Source: an uncultured Acidobacteriota bacterium
Lineage (GTDB): Bacteria > Acidobacteriota > UBA6911
NCBI GenBank assembly: GCA_963827655.1
Contig: CAWHCF010000044.1
Location: forward strand, 64,001 to 128,000
Direction of reading: 5' to 3'
Length of the DNA: 64,000 nt
The notes below the pieces were generated by a model that had not been told where the DNA came from, ran no database searches, and saw only the letters and a list, made by a program, of their open reading frames with translations. The first letter of the stretch is position 1, and each line of letters opens with the position of its first letter. The position numbers and the translations under genes were made by a program. Positions 9,297-20,486 of the stretch are shown here, piece after piece.

Positions 9297-10709
9297 CTAG
9301 GTCGTGACCGGCGGATGGTACGGAAGCGTCTGAGCAAGAAGCCAGCAAAGTATCAGGACGATCGGGATATGAAACAAGAGCTGGAGAATTGAATACCCGG
9401 CAAGATCTCTCGCGCGCACATTGAGGATTCCCATGAGCGGCAGCATCCAGAATGGGTTGACCAGGTTTGGCAGCGCTTCGGCGGCATTGTAGATCTGTAC
9501 CACCCATCCCAAATGCACCTGCCAGGCATTGGCTGCCGACATCACGTACGGAGCTTCGATGACCCATTTGGCGCCGCCTGAAGGAATGAACATGCCAAGA
9601 ATCGCGGAGTAGACTGCAACGACGAGCGGCAGGGTACTCTTGGAGGTAACTCGGACGAAGAGATTCGACAGTGCGGTCGCGATCGACGTCTTGGAAATGA
9701 GCCCGAAGATTCCAGCGTAGAACGGGTACTGGATCAAAACTCCAGCGGTGGCGGGGACGGATTTGGCCACCGCCTTCAAGAATGATCTCGGCCGGCCGTG
9801 CAGCAAAAGCCCCAGGGTCAAAAAGGTGAAGTTGAAGTTGTTCAGATCCAGTACGGCGACGGGTCCTTTCTCTCGAAGCTGGATCACGAGAAAGGCAAGC
9901 ATGATGGCGGAAATCAGCAGGGTCATTATCGGGCTGTTATCCAGTCGTTCGCCCGGAGTCTTAGGCGCTTCCTGTTCGATGACGAAAGGCTCGAAATGCG
10001 CCCCCATTTTCCCGGCGGTTCTCGCCTGGTCGGGGTGAGGGCAAGAAAAATAAGCGACGGCGACCGATGCGATAATCAAGATGACCGCCATGAGCAGGCT
10101 TTGCCAAAGGAATATAGTCTGGGATAGCGGGATTACTCCCGTGATCGGCAAAAGAGCCGGCGGGATCGAAGATTCGGTGGCCTGCAACAAGGCGGCGGAT
10201 GACGACAGACCGAGAGCCCACACGCTGCCCACGCCGAGGTAGGCTGCGGCTCCGATGGCCCGGTAATCTGTGCCGGGGATTCGCCTGGTGGTTTCCCTTA
10301 CGAGCAGCCCGGTGAAAATCAGCGACATCCCCCACGACACCATCGAGGTGATCATTGAAAAGAACGCGACAAAGGCCACGGCGCCGCGCGGCGTTTTCGG
10401 CACCGACGCCAGCCTCTCGATGAGCCAGGCACAAGGGGGAGAGCTTGCGACCACGAAGCCGCCGATAATGATGAGCGCCATCTGCATGGTGAACGGGAGA
10501 AGCACCCAGAAACCATTGCCGAATTCGGAAATAAGCTTTACTGGACCTTCGCCGAGCGCCAGCCCTGCGGCAAACACTACAATGACCCCGGCCAGCGCAA
10601 AGACAAACGCGTCGGGGAAGTATCGTTCGCACACATCCGCGATTGCCATCCCCGCGCGCGCTAGCGGAGGGTCTTGCGCGCGGCCCGATCGAACAGGTGA
10701 CTTTGCCAT
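9297..10709 (-). CDS. atoE: Short-chain fatty acid transporter, AtoE family
   Basis: PDAFVFA, FTMQMALI, DYRAIGAAAY, GLSSSA, IPSGG..W..EAP, NPFWMLP; start uncertain (ORF extends to 10760). Confidence 0.85.
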   Translation of the reverse strand: MAKSPVRSGRAQDPPLARAGMAIADVCERYFPDAFVFALAGVIVVFAAGLALGEGPVKLISEFGNGFWVLLPFTMQMALIIIGGFVVASSPPCAWLIERLASVPKTPRGAVAFVAFFSMITSMVSWGMSLIFTGLLVRETTRRIPGTDYRAIGAAAYLGVGSVWALGLSSSAALLQATESSIPPALLPITGVIPLSQTIFLWQSLLMAVILIIASVAVAYFSCPHPDQARTAGKMGAHFEPFVIEQEAPKTPGERLDNSPIMTLLISAIMLAFLVIQLREKGPVAVLDLNNFNFTFLTLGLLLHGRPRSFLKAVAKSVPATAGVLIQYPFYAGIFGLISKTSIATALSNLFVRVTSKSTLPLVVAVYSAILGMFIPSGGAKWVIEAPYVMSAANAWQVHLGWVVQIYNAAEALPNLVNPFWMLPLMGILNVRARDLAGYSILQLLFHIPIVLILCWLLAQTLPYHPPVTT

Positions 10710-10819
10710 GAGTGGGCCAGTATAAGAAGTCGGAAGACCGACGGCAACCGCCAGGATCATTCAGGCTATTTTGCCTGCCGGCGTCTTCGTGCCAACCGTT
10801 AGCTCTCGTGAGGTGAAAA

Positions 10820-12259
10820 GTGTTGAGATACGTCGCATCAGCGCTGATCGTTTTCGCGTTCGCGCAGAAAACTCCCTACGACCTGGTGGTCCAGGGCGGG
10901 CGCGTCATGGATCCGCAAAGCGGTTTGGATGCTGTCCGCAACATCGGAATTACGGGCGGAACCATCGCCATAGTCTCGAGCGAACCGCTGAATGGTGCGA
11001 GGCTGCTCGATGCCTCCGGACTCGTCGTAGCACCGGGATTCGTCGACCTCCATTCCCATGGGCAGGATCAGGAAAACTACCGGCTCAAGGCGCTGGATGG
11101 AGTGACCACGGCTCTCGAGCTCGAGATCGGCGTTCCGGACGTGGGGAAATTCCTGGCCGAGAGACGAGGAAAGGCTCTGATTCATTTCGGGGCGACAGCG
11201 AGCCACCCCTTCGCTCGGGTCAAGGCCTTCGGCGCGGCACTGCCTTCCGGGGCTATTGTTCCGCCTTCGAGTTCAGCCACTGAAACGGCCGCGACGGATG
11301 ACCAGCTGCAACTGATGAAGGACCGTCTGCGGAAAGAGCTGGATGCGGGAGCGCTCGGCATCGGCATGGGAATAGCCTACACCCCAGGGGCGACACGCCT
11401 TGAGGTGATTGAGATATTTCGCCTGGCGGCGCAGAGAGGAGTTCCGGTATTCGCTCACGTGCGAGGCGCGGGTAGAATCGAGCCTGGCTCCAGCATCGAA
11501 GCAATATCCGAAGTTATCGCGGCGGCAGCCATAAGCGGCGCGTCGCTTCATGTCGTTCACATCAATAGCTCCGGGCTGAAGGACGCTCCGGAATGCCTCA
11601 AGCTCATCGAAGGAGCGCGGGCTCGTGGGCTCGACGTAACAACCGAAGCCTATCCTTATATCGCCGGCATGACGGCCATCAACTCGGCAATTTTCAATCC
11701 CGGATGGCGCGAGAAGTTCGGCATCGACTACAAAGACTTGCAACTCGTGGAAACCGGTGAGCGGCTTGCGAAGGAAAGCTTCGACCGCCTTCATGCCGCG
11801 ACCGAACCCAAGCTGGTTCTCATGTTCGTGAACACGGACGAAATGGTCGATTTCGTCATTCCTCATCCGCTGGTCATGATCGCCAGCGACGGCCACATCG
11901 AAAAGGGGAAAGGTCATCCGCGCGGGGCCGGAACATACGCCCGCATACTCGCGCGCTACGTTCGCCAACAGCAGCGGCTCACTCTGATGGACGCACTACG
12001 AAAAATGTCACTGATGCCCGCGCAGCGGTTGGAGGTTTCAGCGCCGGCGGCCCGAAGGAAAGGGCGAATCCAGGTAGGGGCAGACGCCGATATCGTCGTC
12101 TTTGATCCACGCACAATTACCGACCGCGCCACTTACGAATCACCTTCGATGCCCAGCGCGGGTATGCGATACGTTCTGGTATCGGGTACGGTGGTGGTAA
12201 ACGAAGGAAGGCTGGCGGACAATGTCGCGCCCGGGCAGCCGCTAGGTGTCAGGCCCTGA
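10820..12259 (+). CDS. Secreted amidohydrolase, N-acyl-D-amino-acid deacylase-like
   Basis: Signal peptide; APGFVDLHSH, GVTTALELE, MIASDG, HPRGAGTY, KMSLMPA, GADADIVVFD. Confidence 0.85.
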   Translation: MLRYVASALIVFAFAQKTPYDLVVQGGRVMDPQSGLDAVRNIGITGGTIAIVSSEPLNGARLLDASGLVVAPGFVDLHSHGQDQENYRLKALDGVTTALELEIGVPDVGKFLAERRGKALIHFGATASHPFARVKAFGAALPSGAIVPPSSSATETAATDDQLQLMKDRLRKELDAGALGIGMGIAYTPGATRLEVIEIFRLAAQRGVPVFAHVRGAGRIEPGSSIEAISEVIAAAAISGASLHVVHINSSGLKDAPECLKLIEGARARGLDVTTEAYPYIAGMTAINSAIFNPGWREKFGIDYKDLQLVETGERLAKESFDRLHAATEPKLVLMFVNTDEMVDFVIPHPLVMIASDGHIEKGKGHPRGAGTYARILARYVRQQQRLTLMDALRKMSLMPAQRLEVSAPAARRKGRIQVGADADIVVFDPRTITDRATYESPSMPSAGMRYVLVSGTVVVNEGRLADNVAPGQPLGVRP

Positions 12260-12276
12260 AAAGGCCTGACACCTGG
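12242..12276 (+). terminator. Hairpin overlapping the amidohydrolase stop codon (terminator-like, no U-tract)
   Basis: AGGTGTCAGGCC / GGCCTGACACCT inverted repeat. Confidence 0.45.
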
Positions 12277-12728
12277 CGCATTGATCATATCTTGATTCGA
12301 TTGTCGTCTTTGGGACAGACCCAGTACATTCCACCCGGAGTGTCACGGTACTTCATGACTCTGGTCGCGACCATCGACGTCCCGCAATTCGGACAAGGAT
12401 GCTCGTAACGAAAACCTTTGTCGCCCAGGCTCGCGCGCGCGGTCTTGGAAATCTTCTCCGCCATATTCCTTCCCTCCCTTCTCTTAAAATGGCAAAAAAA
12501 TCGGGAATTATACGTGGCTCGGACAACAAATCAAGGAATATTTCACATCTCTTCGCAATCCTCAGCGTTTTCGCAACTTGGCGCCCTGTCCGCGGACCCA
12601 AACCTCAGGTCAATTTTCTCTTGCTCAACGAAAACTCCCGGGATACAAGTACCTTCTCTATCGTTAAAACTGATCACGATTCCCTATTTTGGAGGGGCTT
12701 GCCAGTATCGAAACCCGCGACCATTGCG

Positions 12729-13535
12729 ATGATACGCCAATACTCGACTCTGAACATGGAACCCTGCCCCACCAATGGATTCGTGAACAGGGTGACAAAA
12801 AGGATCTCCTGGAACCTATTGAACCGTTTGGTCAAAGGGAAAAAGCTGAAGGTACGCATGTTTTCAGGTGACTCTTTCTTCGTCCGGGTCGGCGATCAGA
12901 TCAGCCGGGGGATCTTCTGTCAGGGTTGCCACGAGCCGCAGTTGACCTCCCTTCTTCTGCCCTTCCTCGGCCCAGGTATGACAGCCTTCGACATCGGTGC
13001 GAATATCGGTTACTACACACTCCTGATGGCGCGAAGGGTGGGCCCGGCAGGGATGGTTCACTCCTTCGAGATCAACGAGAATGTCCTCGACCTGCTGGAA
13101 GAGAACATCCGGTTGGCAAAGGTTGGAAACGTCAAGATTGCCCGGCGGGCCGTGGCCAGGACCAGCGGACAGATGGAGTTTTTCGTGCCTCGTCCAGGGG
13201 ATGAGGCCGAGGGTAGTCTCAAGAAAAGCCAGCGCTATGAAGCGGCGAAGACCGTAAAAGTATCCAGCGTCTCCCTGGACGAGTATGTCGAGGAGCACAA
13301 AATCAAAAGAGTCCACTTTATCAAGATTGACGTGGAGGGCGCCGAATACGAAGCCTTTGAAGGAGCCAGGAATCTGCTCTCGTCGAATAACAAGCCCGTT
13401 ATCATGTTCGAGGCGCTGGATACAGCGTGTATGAACTTCGGAGTGAATTGGCTCGACGTCGTCGAGAAGGTGAAGAGCTTCGGTTACCGAATCCATCAGG
13501 CTGATGCAGCCAACTACTTTGCGACGCCTGAATGA
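12729..13535 (+). CDS. FkbM family SAM-dependent methyltransferase
   Basis: FDIGANIGYYTL, VHSFE, SLDEY, FIKIDVEGAE; true start uncertain within ORF 12399-13535. Confidence 0.85.
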   Translation: MIRQYSTLNMEPCPTNGFVNRVTKRISWNLLNRLVKGKKLKVRMFSGDSFFVRVGDQISRGIFCQGCHEPQLTSLLLPFLGPGMTAFDIGANIGYYTLLMARRVGPAGMVHSFEINENVLDLLEENIRLAKVGNVKIARRAVARTSGQMEFFVPRPGDEAEGSLKKSQRYEAAKTVKVSSVSLDEYVEEHKIKRVHFIKIDVEGAEYEAFEGARNLLSSNNKPVIMFEALDTACMNFGVNWLDVVEKVKSFGYRIHQADAANYFATPE

Positions 13536-13550
13536 CACGCATCGCGGTTC

Positions 13551-16500
13551 TCAGGGAAGCTCTATCCTGGCGTCGTTGTGTAGTGGTGAGGACGCCGGCA
13601 TCGAATCGGGTCCCAGAGGAATCTCGACCGATTCGCCCGTGCGAGCCAGAAGCAAATATGCCGATTTAACCTTCAGGCCAAGAGCCCGAAGCGCTTTTTC
13701 ATACGCCTGGACCTGGCCGGAGTACCGCTGGCTGAAGGAACCGCGCCTCTCGTTCACTTCGGCCGGAATGATATCGGTTTTATAATCGACGATTACCCAT
13801 TCACCCCCCTCTTCAAACAGGAGATCGACTTTCCCGGACTCAATCGGCGCAAGCTCTCCAGGCGCCCCCAAAGGGCGGACGAATGGAAGTTCCCGAATTA
13901 CCTTGCCGGGCGAATTCTTGACCCGGCGAACGCGCGCCATCAACTCGGAATCGTAGCTGTTTCGAACCATCTCTTCCAGAAGCCGGGCCTCACTCCGCCC
14001 CAGATTGTGGCGTCGCGCGGCTGCGCGACTCGATTCGGCGATACTTGCGACCTGGCAAAAATCCAGCGCGTCCATGGCCTGATGAAAGGCCAGCCCTAAA
14101 CGAATCGCGCGGCCACGGGCGGTTTCAGCCAGGTTCGCCGCATCCGGGTCATCCGCTGCCGCTTGAAAGCCGCTGGGAGCGCGAATATCCCTGGAGCGGG
14201 GCGTCTGGTCTCTTAACCGGATGACCTCCGCGTATTCGCGACGGAGTCGTTCTGTTATATCGTCCGGCGCAGGTGAGCCGGCAGGTCTCGCTACCTCCAC
14301 CGGCACATCGAGAATGCCGGTGTCGAGCACCTGCACCAATCCATCCGTGAGGGAAAGTTCCTTCAATCGTTCCCAAATCGGGCTCAGCCGGGACCTGCGC
14401 CACTCGTGGACCCATTTCTTCTCATGCTCAGCCCATCTCCACCCCGTGTGGGTGGAGACGACCAGGTGGTCGCGCGCGCGTGTTAACGCGACGTACAGGA
14501 GCCTGATCAATTCTGCGTTCTCTCGTTTTCTGTCCCACTCCTGAAGCTGGCGCCAGCCGGCGGACTGCAGTTTCGACTCTCTGGAGCCGGCAGTCACCGC
14601 GTAAGTCTTCTGCTGGTGGGGATCCGCCAGAAAAGATTTCTGTCCGGGGTTTCTGGCGCCCCCGAGACCGGCGGCAATAACGATCGGGAAATCGAGTCCC
14701 TTCGCTTTATGAATGGTAAGGATCCGGACCGAGTCGCTCCGCTCTTCCATGATGCGGCTCTCGCTCTCGGCCAATTCCTCCTTGTCCAGTACCCCGAGCA
14801 GTTCGATGACCTGAGAGAAAGTCGTTTCCGTCTGGAGCCGTCGCAGCTCCCGAACCAGCTTACCGAGGTTGGCCAGCGACTGTAGCCCGCCCCAACGGGC
14901 CGCGAGCACCTCGCGAGCGCCGGTCTCGCGCAAAAGAGTTTCCAGGATCGCCGAAGCCGGCCTCTCGTGTCGCTGTTGATGGAGCTCGCGCAGAATCCGG
15001 AAGGGATGGTGCAGGCGAGAGCCGGCGGGAATTTCGTTGCGGTAGTCGAACGTGATTCCCTGCGTTCGACTCCTGAGCAAATCCTCGTCTGACAGGCCGA
15101 AGAATATCGATCGAAGAGATCCATAGACCGCCACGCGGTCATTGGGATTAGCCACGGCGCGCAGAACGGTTGTGGCCGACGAAACTTCGCTTCGAGCATA
15201 GTAATATTTCCCGCCTTCGAGGACATAAGGTATTTCCGCCTGCCGTAGCGCTTCCTCGAGGACATCCACGCGCGAAAGGACGGGAAGCAGAATGGCAATG
15301 TCTTCGTAGTTCGGAACGCGCCGGGATTCAGGCCGTGAAGATGACCGTTCGGCGACCAGCCATTTCTCGCTCCCCCGAATCTGTCGCACCAGCGCAACCA
15401 GACGCCGTGCTTCCCGGGCGATGAAGTCGCCCGCCGGGAAAGCCTGGTTGCGTTGATCGACTGGATCGGGCAAGAGATGGACCGATGACAAACCGGGTTC
15501 GTGGAGCCTGGCCGCGGATCCGAAGGCCAGGTATTCCGGCTGGTAACGGCCATCCTCCGGCTTTTTCATAACGCCCGCGAAAAGCGCGTCCACGAAGCGA
15601 AGAATCGAGGGTACGGAACGGAAGTTCGTGGTCAGCTGCACTTGCTCCAACCCGCGCGCGGCGATTCTCTCTGTATCAAAAAGGTTGAGGTAGTTCTCGA
15701 TGTCGGCGCCGCGGAAACGATAAATCGACTGTTTGGGATCTCCTACAAGGAAGAGGCGGCCAGGAGCGGGCTGGAGCTTCTCAATGTCGGTCTCTGTCAG
15801 ATCCGGCGAAGAAAGAAGCAGTACGATCTCCGCTTGGATCGGATCCGTATCCTGGAACTCATCCACGAGAATAGTGGCGAACTTCTTCTGAAAATCATGC
15901 CGGACAGCGGGGCTTCTTGCGAGCAAGTCGCGAGCCGCCAGCAACTGGTCGTCAAAATCAAGCAGACCTTCGCTCCGCTTCTGCCCCTTCCATTCCGGAA
16001 GGAAGTCGCCGGCTAGCCAGAGCAACAACTCGTGCAGTAGCCGCTGCGCCGCCATTGAAGAAGCTTCGGTCGAAAAATCCTCGCATCTCTTCAAGAAGGA
16101 TCGCACGCTTTCAAGTGTCTGGCTTCCACCCTTCCAGTTCTCGCGCGATCCGGCTGAGGCAGATCTTCTCGGAAAAACGCTGTATTCGGTCGATCCGTCC
16201 AGCCACGACGCGATCTGGTTGAGGTTGTCCGCTAACCTGTCTCTGCGATCAAGGACCAGCCGGGAATACTTTCGCGCCTCGGATGCCAGATCCAGCCGGC
16301 GCCGTCGTGCTTCTTCGTCTGTCATCGGAGCCTGCAGATCCAGCTTCTCGATAACCGCTGCCTGGAACCTCAGATTCCGGGCCAGCTCGCGGAGAGTATC
16401 CAGTCCCAAACCCGCTCGCAGGGCTCGTTCAAGCGGACCGCGGCGCTCCTTGATCGCACGATCGAGCCAGGCCTCCCAGACTCGCCTGAAAAAGAGCTCC

Positions 16501-16904
16501 GCGTGCGCATCGTCGAGCGCCGTAAACTGCGGATCCAGACCTGCCTCGACAGGTCTTTCCTTCAGCAACGCCACTGCAAACGCGTGGATGGTCGAGATGG
16601 CGGCCGACTCCAAATCGTGAAGGGCGGCCGATGCCCGTGTCCCCTCGACGCCAGAGCGGCAAGACAATTCTTCGAATCGTTGTCGAAGCCTGATTTTCAT
16701 CTCGCCGGCGGCTTTCTCAGTAAAGGTGATGGCGGCGATGTTGCGCAGGCTTATGGGCCGACCCTGCGGTCCCTCCTTCAAGACAAGATTAAGAATCCGC
16801 TCGATAAGGATCGCGGTCTTGCCGGTTCCGGCAGAAGCTTCGACGGCAAAGGATCGACCGGTCTCCGTGGCAGCTCGGGCCCGGTGCTGAGAATCGTCTG
16901 TCAT
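13551..16904 (-). CDS. addA: AddA-like UvrD helicase/nuclease
   Basis: ASAGTGKT, ITFTEKAAGEM, STIHAF, VDEFQDT, GDPKQSIYRFRGAD, NFRS, TIHKAKGLDF, YVALTRAR, C-terminal GKVDLL..DYKT. Confidence 0.9.
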   Translation of the reverse strand: MTDDSQHRARAATETGRSFAVEASAGTGKTAILIERILNLVLKEGPQGRPISLRNIAAITFTEKAAGEMKIRLRQRFEELSCRSGVEGTRASAALHDLESAAISTIHAFAVALLKERPVEAGLDPQFTALDDAHAELFFRRVWEAWLDRAIKERRGPLERALRAGLGLDTLRELARNLRFQAAVIEKLDLQAPMTDEEARRRRLDLASEARKYSRLVLDRRDRLADNLNQIASWLDGSTEYSVFPRRSASAGSRENWKGGSQTLESVRSFLKRCEDFSTEASSMAAQRLLHELLLWLAGDFLPEWKGQKRSEGLLDFDDQLLAARDLLARSPAVRHDFQKKFATILVDEFQDTDPIQAEIVLLLSSPDLTETDIEKLQPAPGRLFLVGDPKQSIYRFRGADIENYLNLFDTERIAARGLEQVQLTTNFRSVPSILRFVDALFAGVMKKPEDGRYQPEYLAFGSAARLHEPGLSSVHLLPDPVDQRNQAFPAGDFIAREARRLVALVRQIRGSEKWLVAERSSSRPESRRVPNYEDIAILLPVLSRVDVLEEALRQAEIPYVLEGGKYYYARSEVSSATTVLRAVANPNDRVAVYGSLRSIFFGLSDEDLLRSRTQGITFDYRNEIPAGSRLHHPFRILRELHQQRHERPASAILETLLRETGAREVLAARWGGLQSLANLGKLVRELRRLQTETTFSQVIELLGVLDKEELAESESRIMEERSDSVRILTIHKAKGLDFPIVIAAGLGGARNPGQKSFLADPHQQKTYAVTAGSRESKLQSAGWRQLQEWDRKRENAELIRLLYVALTRARDHLVVSTHTGWRWAEHEKKWVHEWRRSRLSPIWERLKELSLTDGLVQVLDTGILDVPVEVARPAGSPAPDDITERLRREYAEVIRLRDQTPRSRDIRAPSGFQAAADDPDAANLAETARGRAIRLGLAFHQAMDALDFCQVASIAESSRAAARRHNLGRSEARLLEEMVRNSYDSELMARVRRVKNSPGKVIRELPFVRPLGAPGELAPIESGKVDLLFEEGGEWVIVDYKTDIIPAEVNERRGSFSQRYSGQVQAYEKALRALGLKVKSAYLLLARTGESVEIPLGPDSMPASSPLHNDARIELP

Positions 16905-19900
16905 TCGTCGGGCTCCATGGCCCCGGCGGTTTCCCCGATCCGGCTATGGCGAAGCACTGCGGGGTCCGCCGCTTTCCTTTCCTCCCGCTGGATCCGCTCC
17001 TTGGAACATACGGTGAGGTAATCACAATATTCGCAATGTCCCTGGGGGTGGACGCTTCCCCGCGTCCGCGGAAAGAAAATACCGTTTTCAATCCCGTCTC
17101 CAATGGTCTCGAGAATGCCGGGAAGATGGTCGACACCTTTCACAAGCTCCTGGGGGTCGAAGGAACAAGAAACAGTTCTTCCGTCCCTCGGCTGGAGATG
17201 GAGGAACTCTCCCTGAACACTTGAAACACCGGAAAGTTCCGGAAGTCCGGAGAGTGCGGCGCGATAAACGGCGAGCTGCATTTTCTCGCCAGCCATAAGA
17301 GAGATTCGTTCCTTTCCTTCCATGGTCTTCGGAAGGACGCCGACCTTGTAATCGAGCACACGCGCCCGAGTCCCATCAGCAGACAGGTCGATCCGGTCGA
17401 TCCTGCCGCGAAAATCAAAGGTGTGCCGTCCAGCGACTACGCGGTAAGCAGGTAATTGAGCCTTTGGCAACTGTCCGAATGTTAGCTCGACGTAGGCGGG
17501 CGCAAGCCCTTCGTGTGATCGGTTGATTTCAAATGCCAGCCAGTTGCGAAGCATCGCGAAGAGAAAATCGAGCTCCACTTGCCACAGCAGTTCCGGAATA
17601 CCCGGCGGCCGCGCGCTCTCCAACCGGCTGCGCGCCTCGGAGGCCAGGCGGATTTGAAGCTCTTCCATGGAGTGTTTAACCAGGGATTCTCTTGCAAAGC
17701 GCTCCAGTATTTCGTGAATGACCTCGCCGCGAACCAGCGGGTCGATGCTCTCGCCGGTCTGACCTCCTCCCACGGTTCAAGTTGAATGACCCGGCGAAGA
17801 AAAAACAAGTACGGGCACTTTGCGTATTCTTCCAGGCGGCTGGCCGAGACCTGGCCGGCCGAGGTTCCGACTCGCCCGGCTATCCAGCGCAGGAGTTCAG
17901 GGTGACGAATACGTCCATCGAACCGGGTCAGCCTCTTCTCCCAGCGCGCGCGGCTGTAAGCGATCGGACCGGCCATTCGTAACGGGTCCGCCCGCAGCAG
18001 CCGGTACAGGACTCTTTGGGGTCGTGGCTGGTCGAGCAGCAGGCGAAGCCTTACTTCTGCCTCATCAACGGCTATATCGTCGCCGCCGGGTGCGGGACGG
18101 TCCAGACGTACGGAGCGAAAGCCGGGGATATTCTCCTGCGTGAGATCCCGATAACTGACGGGTCGCCCTCGAGCCGCAGCTACTGCTCGCAGGAAGAAGG
18201 TCGATGGCAGTCGCTCGCGATCCGTATTCTCTTCCAGGCGCGAGGACATGAGCACCAAACGTTTCTCGGCCGACCGCACGGCCATATCGAAGAGCAGCTT
18301 TTCCTCTTCGCTTCGCTCCCACTTGATCGGAAGTCTCGGCGTGAGCCTCGACCGTTCTTCGTCGAAAAGCAGCGGATCCTGCCTCAACTTCGACGGGAAT
18401 CTTCCTTCTTCCAGTCCCGGGATAATGACCAGGGGAAAACGGAGGCCACGCGATGCGGCCAGCGAGAGAATATTGACGCCGCTGCGCTGAAAGCTGCCGT
18501 GCGGAAGGGAAAGCGAGTTGAGCGTATCCTTCAAGACACTCACCAGCCGGGCGCGTCCGACCTTCTGCTCGACTCGTGCGGTTTCGGCCACTTCGCCGAG
18601 GGAGGCCAGGTTATCGAGTGCGTTCGAAAAGACCAACCAGTCGCGTGACAGCCCGAGAAGCGGCTGCAGGCGCCGCTCGAGAAAATCGGCCCAGTCTTGC
18701 CAGGAGAGTAAGTCGGGCCATTGAACAGCAGCTTGTCTGAGGGCCGTCCACCCGGAGCGGAGCGCCTGGGCGTCGTGCAGGCGGGTCCGCGCCTGAGAGA
18801 CCAAAAGGCGAAACTCACTCGCGCGTTCTTCCGGCTGATCGGTCACCAGGGCCTCCGCCCGGAGCAGCGCGCGTCGAGCATCGAGGACCAATTCCTCAGT
18901 ACCGTCATCCCAGGACTGAATTCCCGCAAGGAAGCCGGGATGATTGGTCATCGCTCGCCACGCGGCCGCATTCCAGTTGTCCGGGGCGTCCTCCGGCAAG
19001 CATGCACTCACTAACTCGACTGTCTGGAGGATCGACTGGCGCGAAAAGGATTCTGATGCCAGGGAGGCAATCGCCAAAACGGCGCGTCCCAAAACCCGCT
19101 CGCCGAAAGCACGGCCGCCATGAATGTAATAGGGTATGCCGCGCAGTTGGAAGGCCTCTGTAAGAATGGGCGCGTCCTCATTCAAATGCCTGAGAAGGAT
19201 CGCGCTCTCGTGAAAGCCGGCGATCTCACCTTCACGAACGGCTCGAAGAATCTCGCGCACGACCTCGATCGCAGCGCGCGATTCCCCTGGAACTGAAACG
19301 AAAGCAAAGCTTCCATCGGACGCAGGACCCGGCGTCCGGATCTCCGCCGATGGCGTGCGGCCCGAAAGATCCTCAGATGAACGCCCAGCAGATGCGCTCG
19401 ACATCCAGATCCGGTCGGCCAAGACTCCGAGGCCTCTGCTTGCATTCTTATGGAACACGGGCTCGGGATTGACTCCCAATTCTTTCGAACGTGACTCGAC
19501 GAAGGGGCGCGCAAAGGCGGACGCGGCCTGGTTCAGGTAGGGAATGAAGTAGACAAGCTCCAGGACATCCCTCAGACTGCCGAGTAAGTCCGACTGCCGT
19601 CCGGTCACATCGTAGATTCCATAGATGAGAAGACTCTGGGTCTGAAGAACCTCGCTGGCCCTGACGCTCTCCGCTATGGCCCAGGAGAAATCGTCATCCA
19701 CGTCGCAGAACAGACTCAAACGCTCGTAAAAGCGCTGGAAAAGTTCTGCCAGTGCTTCGAGTTGTTGCTTTCGGTCGCCTGGGAGACTCGGCCACTGACG
19801 CAGCTTCAGGAAGAAATCCTGCGGGGTGACGCCGGCGTCGCGTAGATCACGGAAAGTATCCAGAACCGAGTTCCTAAACCCCGGGTACTTCGAGACTGCG

Positions 19901-20229
19901 GCGAACGGGGCCGGCGCGTGTTGCTCGAGGATCGCGTCCAGAATCAGAGCCGCGCCGAGAAAAGGAAGTCTCGGTTTTCTCGACACTGCCGCGCGAGCCC
20001 GCCCGAGACGCGTCGCGAGGTCAAGAAAATTATAGAACCGGATGTTGGCTGCAGGCCCTCGTTGCTCGGCGAGTCGGTAGTTGAGGTAGGACGAAAGGGC
20101 ATTGGAACCCACCAGTATGCAGACCGGAACCAGTGGACCTTCTCTTTGAAGCCTCGATATTTCGTCGAAGAGTCGCACTTCAAGCGCGGCAAGCGTCCCC
20201 GTATAAATGCGATGAACCATCACTCGCAT
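16901..20229 (-). CDS. addB: AddB-like inactive helicase with PD-(D/E)XK nuclease, one frameshift (~17770)
   Basis: RGLRFPLVIIPGLEEGRFP, SASRLEEYAKCPY, then in the second frame RGEVIHEILE, GRIDRID..DYK, QL.VY and Fe-S cysteines CEYCDYLTVC; overlaps the addA start. Confidence 0.85.
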
Positions 20230-20318
20230 TTAAACACAACGGCAGGAGGAAACAAGGTTACATTCTTAACGTTTGTTCGTGTCTTTGCGTCTTCGGGGTT
20301 GGTTTGTGTTCAGGCATT

Positions 20319-20438
20319 AACCACAAAGACTCGAAGACACTAAGGTTCGTTCGGGGGACTTCGCCCCGAACGAAAGGCTCTTGCGAACGACAACACGTTG
20401 GTTTGAACGTTTTCGCTGAGCGCCCAAGACACGCGAAG
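20319..20438 (+). repeat. Dispersed ~120 bp structured repeat, copy 2
   Basis: Matches 3798-3914; preceded by the inverted arm TTCGTGTCTTTGCGTCTTCGGGGTT at ~20276-20300. Confidence 0.85.
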
Positions 20439-20486
20439 CATCTTGTGGTAATTTTCTATGTCTCATTGAACCTTGAGGGTCCGACT

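Noticed and set aside
12399-12728. N-terminal extension of the FkbM methyltransferase
   Set aside because: No recognisable domain; likely run-through of an upstream non-coding region
13551-20229. Helicase-nuclease pair as an anti-phage system
   Set aside because: Architecture and gene order match housekeeping AddAB
20133-20486. Long N-terminal extension of the M28 peptidase
   Set aside because: It overlaps the addB start and the repeat; a signal peptide begins at ATG 20487
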